DNA of 64,000 nucleotides from Phoronis australis (lineage: Eukaryota; Animalia; Phoronida). This document shows positions 14,563 through 28,199 of this stretch, piece after piece (within the stretch, counting starts at the first letter, position 1; the number at the start of each line of letters is the position of its first letter). The stretch lies in the NCBI GenBank assembly GCA_002633005.1, contig NMRA01000061.1, forward strand, positions 1,091,262 through 1,155,261, read 5' to 3'. Under the pieces are notes generated by a model. The model had not been told where the DNA came from, ran no database searches, and was given only the letters and a program-made list of their open reading frames with translations. The position numbers were made by a program, and so were the translations under genes.

Positions 14563-14866
14563 TTTAGCCAAATATATACTAAACTATACAATTTTACACA
14601 GCAAAAGTAAATATTTTATGAAAGCAGAAAGTTCATAGATTGAATGTGATTTTTGATTCTATACCAATCTGCCATTAATAAGGTCATGTGACTATGCTTT
14701 TTTAAGAAAAGTTTAGCCAAATATATACAAAACTATACAATTTTACACAGCAAAAGTATATATTTTATGAAAGCAGAAAGTTCATAGATTGAATGTGATT
14801 TTTGATTCTATACCAATCTGCCATTAATAAGGTCATGTGACCATGCTTTTTTAAGAAAAGTTTAGC
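14563..14866. repeat. Tandem duplication, 149-bp period, 2 copies
   Basis: The unit TTTAGCCAAATATATAC...TTTTTTAAGAAAAG starts at 14563 and 14712, and a third TTTAGC starts at 14861. Only a few substitutions separate the copies. Confidence 0.92.
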
Positions 14867-17800
14867 AAAAAAGAAATGTTCATTAGCCAAAACAACAAGA
14901 CCAATTACATGACCAAATTTCGTGTGGTATAAATGTTCAAGATAAAATCTCAGAAACGCTGTTACAGTTTACTAAATTATCGTTTTGTTTTATGCGACTT
15001 TATTGTTTACACAAGTCATTCAAATCCTTTTTTTTGATAGTCCCTCGCGCAAAAGTGGAACATTTTATAAACAATTCCTACGACAGTTTTAGAAAACAGC
15101 GCCTAAACCACAACATCTGATAGTTTCTTGGGAATCTGTTCATCCACTTCTGAGATGCAATGTTCTGAATTTGGTCAAAATTGAACATTTTCTAGGGTCC
15201 TACAAAACCTTAAGTTATCTCTATGTTTACATTTATTGAAAAATTGATAAAACAATATTTCACTGTTTTACCATATTATATTCCAAATAGAAGAAACTTT
15301 ACACTATAGTGGTTTAACCATTTATTACCAAATAACAAAACACCATTAATACATTTCCATGTTAACTCCGTCTACAATCCAATAAAACAACCAAGACGTG
15401 ACTAACAGTCCGCACATTATGTTGGTTAGTCTCAAATTCCATTACAGTTACCACTGGTATATTGCACATCTTCTGCACACCATAACACAACAGAGCCAAA
15501 TAAACATACTACAGACTCCCCTCATACCAGGCATCCCCTTTTCAGGCAAATCAGTAAAAATCCACACTCTGGTGTAACTTAAGTAGAAAGGATGAGCTCC
15601 TTAAAGGTACCTTATTCTTGGTACTCGTTTGAATTATAACACTCAACACCCTGTTCCCCACCTCGCGTCTAAAATCAACCAGTTTCATGGCAGGTGGAGC
15701 ATTAATGTAAACCAGCCACGTGAAATTTGGCACATCTCAAACAGCACCAATAATTCTTTTCCCCAGTCCCTCGAGTCCATCCCACTCAAGCTATTCCACA
15801 TTACTCATTCAAGCCATAACTGTCCGTGGGATGCTCGTGGTTCGTGACTCTCTCCCGAGTTTTGCCATACATCTCACGTGGGTATACGCTCGACTTGCTT
15901 TGCCTGCAAAATATAGACATGCTAAATATACCAGTGAAACAAAACCTCAGATCTGCCACTGCATCTGCTCTAACCTTACTGTTGCCCCTTGCCAGAAGTT
16001 TGACCTACAGTAAAATCTCGCCAATTTCGGACAAAATTAATTGCCAAGAATACCATGTTTTCACATTTATAGCACCTCCAACATCGCTGTCCACAATTTT
16101 CAAAAATCTTGTCTGTTGGTAGTTATGGTACAAAATTTGAACGTGGAGTAATTTTGGGCTACACATGCTTGATGAAAAAGTTTCACTTGTCGGCCATATT
16201 GTGTCCTGAATTGGCCAGATTTTACCGAATTGTAAGAGGAATTTGTAAGTTGGCCTTAATAAAGAAAAGTTCCTCTCCTTGACACCAGGATCGAAGGAGA
16301 GCCGAAAGTACTGCGTCACCAAAGTACGGGACGGGACGGGATAAGGGTACCAAGTGATTACTTTATTACAGACATTTCAAAATGGCTGAATCCCTTGTTG
16401 CCACCTGGTGAATTTCAACTTCCCATTTGTATCGCTGTAGAAAATAGGTCAGCTGTGTTTGGATAAGCTACGTCTGATTTTTGTTCACAAAGGACTTGAT
16501 TACAACGAACACGCTTTGCAATGGCAAAAAGTATTAGAAAATTGCAATACGTGTATCCAGAAAGTTCCATAAAATGTGACATAAATGATATGCCAATGAA
16601 AGATTCTTATGAACTAGAGCAAAATAATGAAAGTTGCACTTTTAAGACATTACACTTGGGGTTTCTCTCAAAAGCCAAAGTTTGATATAGGACACTTAGC
16701 ATTCCGACATTAGTCTCAAATTATTCCTCAGTCAAAATAAAAATAAATTTGATTCATGGGCTTAGAGAGAAGATAGTTCATAATTTCTTCACACCAATGT
16801 CATAAAAATCCATGTCAAGCCATGTCCTGAAATGTTATGAGCTTCGCCTAAGAATGTTGAACTGTCAGTTATTCCTCAGCTCAGTCATCATTTCTACAGA
16901 AAGGAACGAGACAAGAAGACCAATTTCGCAATGTTATGTCGCCTAAATCATACCTTTCTGACAGATAGCACGGGCTTGATGTCACTTCAATGATTACAGA
17001 AGGAAGGAATTGTGACGTTACTATAGATTCATTTGAATAAACTAAGATTATTAAGACGCGAGTGCCTTTAATTACATTGCCTTCCTCCACCAGAAAACTG
17101 GACAAGAGCACGCAATGGAAATCTCACTTCAAAACAGAGTTAGTCGAAGTCTCCAACCAAGCCAACGACGAAACTTAGTTACCACAGACCACGCACACAT
17201 TTAATTATGCATATTATGAGCAGTGACCTTTCAAAGAATGAGAAAGTTTAGAGGCAGTGACATTTGCCACCAGTCCTCATGACAGAGCGTTGACCAGACA
17301 ACAAAGATTGCCAGAAATGTCGCTTTTCAACTAACATTGCAACTTCCCTATTTTAGGTTTTGTACTCAGTGGGAAAGCGTAAATCCGAAAATCAAAGTAC
17401 GGTGGTATTATCGCCGCTCTTCTGCTCTTCTCGGAGGAGATGGATAACAGCCACAATAAATCAAGTTCTGAGGTTAAGAAATGAGCAATCTTGTCACATT
17501 GTTGTCTTTTGTTTAAACTGAATAGGGTTATGCTAAATACCTAAAATTGCCATGACACACACACACCCTATAGCTTTACCAAATGTGAAAAGCAACATGT
17601 ACAGGCCAGATCTAAAGCATTGAAGAACAGTCTGTCCTTCTCAACCTTTAAACGCGGCCGACTTTATAACTGAGACTGGTTTTTCGACAGAAGGCATGGA
17701 TTGATAGCATCTTTAAACTGCAATGAGGTGAAACATGAGAAAGAACTGGCTGGGGGTTGTGGCACAAAACACAGTATGGATGGACTGTGCTATTTGATTT

Positions 17801-18502
17801 AACAACGTATAGTCATTAAATTGTGAATATGAAAATGAAGTACTAATTTACAAACAACCCCAGGTCCTCCATCCATGAACCAGTTACCATTACAATCTCG
17901 TAAAAGTCTCGTTTTGCGAGAGTATTTTTATGTAAATGAGTATGGAAAATGGCAATTTCTTTACAAATTGTTTCTTGTACATACAGTTTTCCAGGAAGTC
18001 ACCTGAAGGTGGAGCTTGCTACAAATTTAAATATTTAATGAGATGTATCATCTTTAATGCATAGAATGGACTGCCATCTACATACGTCTAATATCCCTGT
18101 CAGGCAGGAGCAGGTGCCATAGGTAACTTTGGAGAGTGTGTCTTGTAATAATATACCTAGGATATCTGACCTCACACGCATATCAACCTCTGAAACAAGG
18201 TGTAAAGGAATTGATCATCAGATGGACGGTCACACAGCGCCATCTTTGAACAGCATTCTTTTGGTTCATGTTTTGGAGTCGAATTTTGTTTTAGTTTCGT
18301 AATCAGGCAAGTGTTACCTGCTACGACAAAACCAGCGACGGAATCGAGAATACTATCTGCTTTAATAGGAAGATTTAATGACAGCTTGCAGTTTGAAATT
18401 TCAGCTTGAGCTGATTAGGGGTGCATTGGGCCTTTAAGAAAACTCAGATGTTAGCTATACAGCACTTCACATGCCACCACTTCAACAATACAAAAGTGTT
18501 CA

Positions 18503-18813
18503 AGCAGGGGTCTGCACGCAGTGAACTCCCCAATGTCAGATCCGGGATTTTGTGCAGGGCTTTGCAGCCCGTGAACTCCCCAGTGGCAGATCCAGGATTT
18601 TGTGCAGGGCTTTGCAGCCTGTGAAATCCCCAGTAGCAGATCCAGGATTTTATCGCAGGGGTCTGCACCCATGAACTCCCAAGTCGCAGATCCAGGATTT
18701 TGTACAAGGGGATAATTAGGGATACACATGGTGGGTGCTTAACATCTGCTATGTAAAGGTGACTAAGCAGCGAGGTAAGGACCTCTGGACCACCACCCTT
18801 TGGACCCGCGACT
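18503..18813. repeat. ~50-bp minisatellite (4 units) built from a DNA-transposon-like terminus
   Basis: The unit GCAGGG...GTGAACTCCCCAGTGGCAGATCCAGGATTTTGT occurs 4 times (18503-~18710). A complementary end, TGGACCCGCGACTG, lies at ~18800-18813. Confidence 0.75.
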
Positions 18814-20820
18814 GCTCTCTATAGATATGCATGTGTATTCAAAGGTCATGAAACAGGCTATTAAACTTGTCGTTTGCACTATTTTGACAAAAGCTCCCGC
18901 CAGTAAATTACAAACTTTCATTCCATGATTTTTATGAGGCATTTGGATTTTCTAATTCAGTCATGTCTACAAAATCGCATCAGTTTAGGACTCAATGTCG
19001 CTGATGTGGAATTTCATTTTTTCATCGAAGATAAGTAGCGCTAAATAACTGTTTTATTATTTCAAAGTTCTGTATTACAGCTGCCATTGTTTTGAGAACT
19101 TGTGGGCGTTCGCAATGTTAGACGCCTTAATTTTGAAAAATGAAAAAAAAATTTGCTATAATTTTGCCTGAATTTGGTGACATTTTTAAGACCCATAAAG
19201 CACTAATTAAATTATGTGAAGCAGAAATTGCCAACTTCAAACTACAATAACTGCAGAGGCGAATATTCTCATTGGGGCAATCAGTTAGAGTACGATGTTA
19301 TGAGTGGTGTACTTAGGAATCCTAATTCTGTGTATTAAAAAACAAACAAAGGGTGGCACTGCATGGAACTGAAATGTACAAAACGAATTTCTGCAGCAAT
19401 AATTTCCAAGCGATGAGATCTCAACCAAAGTCTTGCAAACTCTTTGTTTGTGAGTCAACTGCTGAATGTAAACAATTTGTGAAAAGTTGTACAATCGAAA
19501 GAAATGAATAAGACTGGTAAATGCATGGAACACTAAGTCACGGATTTCCTGTAAGCTCATCTTCTTCAATTATTTTCAACATCAGCGTAAGTGAAAACGG
19601 CAGGGCAGCTGGGCAGAGAGTCAAGCTGGATATGTATGTGAACACTGAATTAGCCTGAATTAGAGAGCTAGGACTACATGTTCAGCTCATAACGTACAGG
19701 GCACAGACCAGCAGTATCATCTTTCACAGAATATGCTATGGCTATACTGCAACTTGCCTGTCTGTCTATGTATAGAGAGGCCAGGCTGTGGTATATACCA
19801 ATCATGGAATGTCAATACTTGGATGGCTAAGAATAGTGTAGTGAGAGAACAGACAGATGGAGGCCTGCCAGATGGTGATGAGCCTCTTCACCAGGGGGGT
19901 TACTCAACAGCTACCACTGGAACAACAAAGGGACAGGAAAGCGCAATGTTCATCTCCACCAAGGGCTGACGCCATCCCTAGAGATCAAACAGCACGCTGT
20001 TACTGATGGATAAATTCCCGACGGTGACGACGGTCCTCGTCAATAGAAGGAAATTCAATCCTTAGGGCTGGAACAACATACCATTGCTGAATGAAAATGA
20101 CGGCCTAATGGCATGCTCATCTTCTCTAGGGGGGATAAATGCCATCTGCTCCAGGGGGTAACTCCACCTGTTATCACTGACACACAATTGGCTAATGGAT
20201 TATAATATGCACTGGGTTTCACTCTAGGGCAACTAACAACTGACACACATAGGGCTGTCAGGCAGTTGATGATGATGATGATGGTTCATACCTCAGGAAC
20301 ATTGTCTATGATGGCTTGGTTGAGCCACAGGCATTATGAATGTCAAGTTCAACAAAGCCTCTCATTGGCTCAATACTAAGGCGTCACAGCTTGCAAATTT
20401 TTTATTGGTTAATATCAGAAAAACTGGTAACGTTCTAAACATAAACTTCAAATCTCACGTGGTGAACTTCCGCATGCCCTCGACTCATAATGTTCAAGAA
20501 CTCATTCAGTCTCAACGTTGTATTTCATTTCTTATCTGCACATGAATACCTAATTTTGTGTTTGAGACTGAAACAGTATTCAAATAAATCGGGTGTGAAC
20601 AGAGGCATACACAACAGGAGGTCATGGTGTCATGTCTTTTGCCATTAATTCACTTCACTTTACAATTCTGTCTCCTGCCGTCTTACCGAACTCACGACAT
20701 TATCGAATGCTACCTTCCGCTGGTCGTCTACAGCGAGGGCGAAGTGAATTGCAAAACCGGGACCGTTTCCAAGAAAGACAATAAAATGAGGAGGCCTAAA
20801 ATGATTCCAAGGCATTAACG

Positions 20821-21101
20821 CAAGATTTGGACCCTTTGCAGAAGAATCAGTTTGTTGCAACACACAGTCAAACACAGGCACCTGGACTCCCGCCACCATA
20901 ACCAGTGCAAGCAGTGATCCGAGATCATACCTGATCGAGACTCCTGATGGGTCCCAACTTCGCCGGAACCGATCCACGCTGAAACCGAGTGGCGACAACA
21001 ACCCAGTGCAACCCCCTACTACCATAGAGGAACATGGTCCTAGATGTTTGTTTTGAGAAACTGGACCTCCTCTGAAGCTACAGGACTATGTTACTAGATA
21101 G
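20821..21101 (+). mobile_element. Degenerate Ty3/Gypsy LTR-retrotransposon pol C-terminal fragment
   Basis: Frameshifted translation QDLDPLQKNQFV../TGTWTPATITSASSDPRSYLIETPDGSQLRRNRSTLKP, then TGPPLKLQDYVTR*. This resembles the W.PA.V...PRSY.V.T..G...RRNR..L and P..L.DYV* motifs that end Gypsy pol after the integrase. Confidence 0.75.
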
Positions 21102-21361
21102 ACAAGGACTTTAGTGTTCACGGTATTTTCTTATTCATATGACATAGTGTAGTTACCAGTTATTTGTTAAAGACATAATGGTGGAAACGTTTTCTCACAT
21201 TAAAGACTTGTTTGTGAACAAGATAACGCAACAGCCAATGGACTTTAGCATCAGACCCTGCCCTAAGACTTCTGGAAGCTTGAGGAAATGATCGAGTGCG
21301 GTGGTGGACCATGGATAATGTGTACTCGTTAGTATACATCGCAGAATGCTGTGCGACCAAT

Positions 21362-21440
21362 AGCAGTGACCCGAGATCATACCTGATCGAGACTCCTGAC
21401 GGTTCCCAACTAAGCCAGAACCGATCCGTGCTGAAACCGT
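21362..21440 (+). mobile_element. Second copy of the Gypsy PRSY...RN fragment
   Basis: AGCAGTGACCCGAGATCATACCTGATCGAGACTCCTGACGGTTCCCAACT...GAACCGATCCGTGCTGAAACCG is a close copy of 20910-20987. Confidence 0.75.
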
Positions 21441-23286
21441 GCATCTCCACAGATGGACTAAAGACTGGCACATGATACCATGGCTTTCATTACGAGGGGG
21501 AGAGGGAAATAATAAGCAACGAATTCAACAGGAAGTAATTCCATATTGGGACTTGAACTGTGAAACAACTTATGGACACAGTGCTTGGCAACTATTTTTA
21601 TCTTCTCCATAAGAAGGTTGAGTGCACTGCCAAGACCAAGTAATGAACATACTAGATAAAACAGTGCATATGTTAACGGTTAAAATCTCTCCAATTTTGC
21701 ATAAAAGCAACTCTTACGAACTGCCCAGTTTCCAAGTATTAAGGTCTTCGCAAGGCATGGCCAAAATCTTACAAAATATTATTAGCTGGTAGCTAATTGG
21801 TTACAGAACTTGAACATGAAAACGCATTGATTTGGTGCAATGCATCTCTTATTGAAAAAATAACAAAATTTTATTTGTCTACGTATAGCATCTAAAATGG
21901 AGATTTTAAGTCATGTGCCAAGTGAATACTAATCGTGATTATAGTGGAGCCATCGTGCCACTGTCACCAGATCCAATAACTGATAATCAAGCAGCATCAG
22001 AATTACAGACTTCACTCTCAGTGGCACAACTTAGGCTTTGTTTGAGGATCAAAGTTCACTTTGACCTGCACACAACAGGTCAGTAGCCACATGCAGCCAT
22101 CAGAGGTTAAAACAATCATTCACGAAATTTACGTCCACACCATTACACCAAATTGCTAGCAGTTGTAACATAGCATAAGAGGACTTCAGTTCAAGATTGA
22201 GCATGATATTCACAAGAATCATAGGGTCAGGAACTCGATTAAATGAGATATTACCGGCACGGAAAGCATGCAAACAAAATTTAATAGAAGACGAAATACA
22301 TTTTATTCTCGTTTGCACCTGATAGGTTCATTCAAGAATGGAGTTCCTAAGTGAACCCGCCCGTCTAGACTTGCTTCTAAATTACCCAGAAGATCTTGCA
22401 AAGTATTTCTTATTAGGGCACTAGATTGCCGCAAGACTACCCTGTATTGTGTATACCTGCTTACATGTTAATTTGTATCATGTGACTTACAAGTTCGAGA
22501 GGCTGGGGATGCATAACATAACGTCTGTTTTTGTATTGCATTGTACGATGCATAAATGTCATTACAATAAATAATACATAAGTACAATACAAGTCATTCC
22601 CCTGATCAATATGTTTTAATTATTCTCAGTTAAGCCAGAAGGGACATAATTTTTTAATTTTTTAAATGTTTATTATGAAAAGTACAATGTTCAGTAATAA
22701 GTGTTAAGCCCAGAGAGGACTTAGAAAGCAATATTATATTTTGGAATATGGCAACCATTAAAACGCCCATTTTGAGCATTGAGAAACCTAGTGTATAACC
22801 TGCATTCCCCAATAGGAATCTAATCTTGCCCATAAATAGCCTGCGACTCAAAAAACTGACAGGTCATGTGAAACCCATTTCTGTTGTGCAGTATCGCGTT
22901 TCCCCCATAGGACAACAACTCCAGTGTCTTAATGAGCCAGTATGTCACACTTCAAGTCTGCCTTGATAACCCAAAACCAAGGCTTAGTCCCCCAGAAATC
23001 TGAGTTGTTATCCAGCCACACCAGCACATGTCCTTATACAGTACAGACTAAGGCCATCGCCATCTGGTTTTGATAGCATCCGATTTCACAGCAGCAGAGG
23101 GGATCCCAAAAGGTCATAGGTCACCTAGCAGAAGACTCAAGAAAGGAAGATCAGAGGTTGTGCAAACAGCAGCTGGTGGCGACAGCATCCCACAAAAGGT
23201 CAGAGGTCACACACAACAGCTGGAAGAATTTGCGTTCTGTAGGGCATATCATATGGAAAGACAGAAATTGGACAGTCTCAACTCTC

Positions 23287-23456
23287 AAGGAAGGGGGAAT
23301 GATATGGGCAGCAACAACCATTATCTTGCTGTCATTGAGCACCGAATATTCTTTTGTTGGCTTACATTACAAAGATCCTAATTTGGAGTGAAAGTTCCTA
23401 CAGTTACATAATACAACATTTCTCAATAATCGAGTCACGACACGACACGTGTCACA
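23287..23456 (+). mobile_element. Possible polypurine tract plus degenerate LTR (TG...CA)
   Basis: AAGGAAGGGGGAA (23287-23299) is immediately followed by TG, and a candidate ...GTGTCACA end lies at 23456. No partner LTR or TSD was seen. Confidence 0.3.
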
Positions 23457-26400
23457 GGTTCTGCATAATAATGGGCAAAATAAACGAAGAAATAAATAAT
23501 TGAAAACAAAATAAATAAGTAAAAACCAAACTGTAAACTACTGGACGTAGGGTCCAATCTGTGTCTGCGCCAGACAAGATTGAAATAAACCTTTGTGGCA
23601 AAATGATTCATTAATCACAAACAAAATGAAACATGGATTCGGGCTATTTGAAATCCTGTAATGTTTGGTGGAAAAACTGCTATCTACCAACAAAGAGCTT
23701 GTAACAAAGAGGACATGTTCCTGTTTACGCACAGATAGGAGTCGATGCCCTCGTTCAAGATGCCAATAATAGTTGACTATGGGTGCAAGAGGAATCTCTT
23801 TCAGCCAGGTGTCATGGAGGGTAATGACACATGGGTTAAACACTAACCAATCACAACAAAGAGAATGCGATATTCTATACACCTATACATACAAATCCCA
23901 AAGAATTTAACTCTTCCATATATGGAGGTAGAAAAACAAACATACAGTATGATTGCCCCGGGGAAGGGGCGCTGACACACTATGAGCAGCATGGGACACG
24001 TGAAGAATGATTATAACGCAAGCTTTTTATATTTTTTATATCTACAGTGAAACTTGGTGGCATCCAAATGATAAATGTGAAAACAATCCTTGTGTAATGA
24101 AGTGGTTAGCACACCAGGAGGGTACATCTGTTGGCCGAGTGCCTACGGAGGCGTTGCATTGTGGGTAAATACTGTAGAATCAGAGAGGGTACCATACAGG
24201 AAATGGCTATTTAACTTTACATTAGGAAAATCCATCTTTTGGAAGAGATTTGCGGCTGAAAATATTGAATAACTATGGAATAATTTCTCCACTTTAGCAC
24301 AGTGAAAGACTAATGAATATTTTGCCAAGGTCGATACACAGTTACACTAAGAAGATGCGCATAAGTCTTGCATCGGCGAATTTCCAGGTATTTTATGAGC
24401 TGCCACATCTATTTTCAGACTCTCCTGATACAAAACGCAGTGTCAGATATTTGAATACCAAAATCACTCATGTCCCAATCTTCAGAATCAAGAACATTCA
24501 ATTTCGGCTTGAATTTCGGAGAGTTAGTCCCAAACTACAGAATTTTTACCTTAGCGAGTAATAGTTGTCAAAAATAACTTACGCACAGTAAATAAGACTG
24601 CAGGCTTAACAGAAATAGCACCTAAAATTCTTGTGTACAGTTTAAGCAAGACAGACTTTTTAGAAGAGCTTACAACAAACATGAACACTTTTCAAAGAAA
24701 TTAGATAATGAATGGTTTTCAGTTTAGCACAAAAGTAGAATATTTTGTTCTACATCTCATCACTAAACTTCAGTATTTCCCTGGTTTGTACTATATAATA
24801 AGACCAAAAAATAATTATATTGCTGGGAATTTGTGAAAATAGGCCTACCCAAAAGTGGGCATATTTTTGGAAAGTAGGCTCAAGGATGTATTTTCAGTAA
24901 CTGTTAAAGTGTTTTAAAAATCTGATGGATTGCTAAAAAAATGCAATCTAATAAGTTTTTCTATAAACTAGATATTGCAAATTTTGGGATCACGTTTTCA
25001 CTTGAAGGACGCCTCACTTGACAAGACACCGGGTGCCTTTGTCCGTAACCAACCCTATTAGTACAGTTTTAATGCAGTTTGTTTCCTGAATGCGAAATAA
25101 GTATGGACGAATATAACTATATACATAAAAAAATGTTTCCTTAAAAAATTACAGCTTTAGTGCTTAATGTTTGTTTAAAAAGCGCATAAAACTGTTGCAT
25201 ACGTTAACTGTTGATTCTTTATCACTACAAACCAACAGTGCTTATAAAGACTACACACATTTACAGAAGGTTTAGGCCTGTTTACTATTATATAGGGTAA
25301 CGGTTGAATATAACATGCTCGAATTTTGAGAACCAGTTTTCTCCACTGAATAACGGGCATCAAGCTGGTTCTTAAAATGTTCAACATCCCAAAAAGACAG
25401 AAACTGCATTTCCTTCCTGTCAACTCAACCCCTCTTGCAGACCAGAATTAGAAATTGGGTCAAGCTAAAGACACAGAGAGTACAATATTTTCTATAGGTC
25501 GATTACGAAATAGATTATAATGCTGGACACATGATTTCTGATGTTCTATTTACATAACAAATGAGCAGAAAAAGTCCATTAAAACTATTGATCTTGGAAG
25601 AACTTAAACCCACCACCAGGAATGTCAAGGAACGTTGTGACGAAAAAAATAACAAATTGGGCCATTAAAACAAGCTTTTACGAGGCAATCTGATGTCAAA
25701 GCATTCTAAATAAGCAAGCACTCTGCAAAATAAAACTAATTATCAATGCCATCTGATAGTGATACATTTTATTGATGCACTTTAACAGTCTTCCACATGA
25801 TGCTGTACGTCTATAGTGTATAACTGTATAAGTGGCAATAAATGCAACTAAAACTATCCTGTTCATCTATAGCCTGCACCCCCTCCCCCCCTCCTCCGCA
25901 GCCGCTGCTTAACGCAGTCAAAACTTTTTTTTGAGTAGACCTTGTAGTTTTATATGCCAGTAACTAGCACACCACAGGTTGTCATTGTTAGTCAAGTCTA
26001 TTGTTACTCCACTGTAACGGACTGTGTCGGTTTCATTACTTGTTGTTGGGCAAAGCAAGGTGGCCACAATTGTTTCTTCTGATGATAGTGTTTCAATTAA
26101 ACGCCGAAACATGTCAAGGCGATTTAAATGTGTTGTTGTTTTTATTACCATATAGTGCTACTTTCATCTGAAGCAGTGAACCCAGGACTGCCAGGAGTGG
26201 CAGTCTTGCTTAATACCATGAAATAATGACGGTAAAATCTGCGCAAAATCATTGAGGAAATCGATTTTTCATTTTTCAAAGATTTTTAACGTTCCGAACA
26301 CTCACTAATTCTCAAAACCTTGAGTGATGGTAGCCAGGTATAGAACTTTATATCAAAATAACAAAAGATTCGTTTGATGTTTGCTACATTTTACAGAGAA

Positions 26401-28199
26401 TGAAACAATTAACTTTCACTTGTCCATCATACTGTGTCCTAAATTGACGAGAGCTTGTTGTAACCCATAATCCAATTCTCCGTCACACCTGGTTAAGAAG
26501 TGCACACGTCAGCAGTTAATGAAACCTTTTGATGTCGAGTGTCTGTGAGAGTTCAGACTGATTTGAGCCTCGAGGTAAATCTTCAATCCTTTGAGCCAAG
26601 TTCTGTACCTGGTGACTACAATTTTGCGCGATTTTAAAAATATTTCAAAACCACCAAAACTCGTCAAAAGAATCGTGACATTGGTACTAAGTGTGATCTA
26701 CTTCCTCTAACTGGACAAATTCACATTTACAAGACTTAGTATACAAACCAGCGGCACCTTCAGCCGAAGTACAGCGTGACACGCTAATGTAATTGTTCTA
26801 GACACCGTATGAATGCCAGATGATTGAAACCAATTTAAACTGCTGAAGATTATGCTCTTAATCAAACTTCATGGAGCCAATGTTACTTTCCCTATTGATA
26901 TTTTACTGGTATGTTCTTAATTACAATCATTGTGTACCGCCACTCAGTAACAGTGTATAGCTGTACTTCAGACTACAGACTTCCCTTCATAGTAAACCAC
27001 CCTTCAGAATAGAGACCTAGAACCATTACGGACACGCGTTCGTATTCCATTTTCCATATTTGCTTTCACTTCAAACAGGCTGGCTATTATCAAACATCAA
27101 ATGTCAAGAATTTAATGGAGTCTGAGATTTCACAAGGAAATCGTCATAACTGATACAGAAACAGCGCGATTCATTTCCTGCCACACAAACATCTATTTTT
27201 ACCAACTGAGGGCATGAACCGCGGAACACCCAACAACGAAGAAGAGATTTGGCAGAAGGCATGCACTGGTACTTGATCCAAAGGGAACAGACAGTTGCAG
27301 GTGTTTACAAGAGCATTGACTGCCCAAAGGTCACAGGGGTCAACAAAACAAGAAGCCTGTTTACTTGCACTCTTAACAATTGGAGTGGTGAGGGGATCAA
27401 CATGTAACAGTTCAGGCATGTTTGCCTTCATGGATTTTTCGTCATTGACCTCTCTCATCCTTTGTGTGGGGAGAGTCACAGCTAACACCACATGCCAATG
27501 TCACAATGGAATCAATACAGTAAAGACTCACCAATTCAGGACACAATATGGTGGACAAGCTAAATGTCATTTTGTCCGCATTTTCTCATACAAAGTGAGA
27601 AGCACAAATTAAACGCTTTGTCAGCTTCAACTTGCACAGCAAAGCTGGTATTGGACAATGTTTTGAGAAACTTTAGCAATACACAGAAATACTAACGAGC
27701 CTTTGAAAAATGAATAGACCAATTTTGCTAATCATTCTTGACTGAAGTTTGTGATATTTTCCTGTAATTCAACACTGGCAACAAAAGTGGTGTAGCCATC
27801 TCATATTGCCACTCATAATGCGTTCTCATTTTCAGTGGGATTTCCACAGTACAACTTCACTTTCAACAGCCTGTAGGTTATTTTACACACAAAAAGAGGA
27901 CAACGGGAGATTTCGCTAATCGTTATCACTAATAACAAGTCAATGAGAACAGAAACTCTCAACATGACCACGTGCATAGAGAACAACCACAGATGAGGCA
28001 TACGAGACAAGCTGCCCAGTTAGGTGACTTTCAAACACGATTTCTGATGTAAGAATGCCTTTATGATTTTGTTTCATACAAAATGGTTTGCCTTGGGATT
28101 CGAACATTTTACAAACAGTTTCATTTCGCACCATCAAAATCTACAGAAGGGATGTTCCAAAGGAGGTACTTATTTTTGACAACAGGTTATACTGTTTTA

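Noticed and set aside
18503-18710. Regularly spaced repeats as a CRISPR-like array
   Set aside because: The units are wholly repeated with no unique spacers, there are no cas genes, and the context is eukaryotic; it is a minisatellite.
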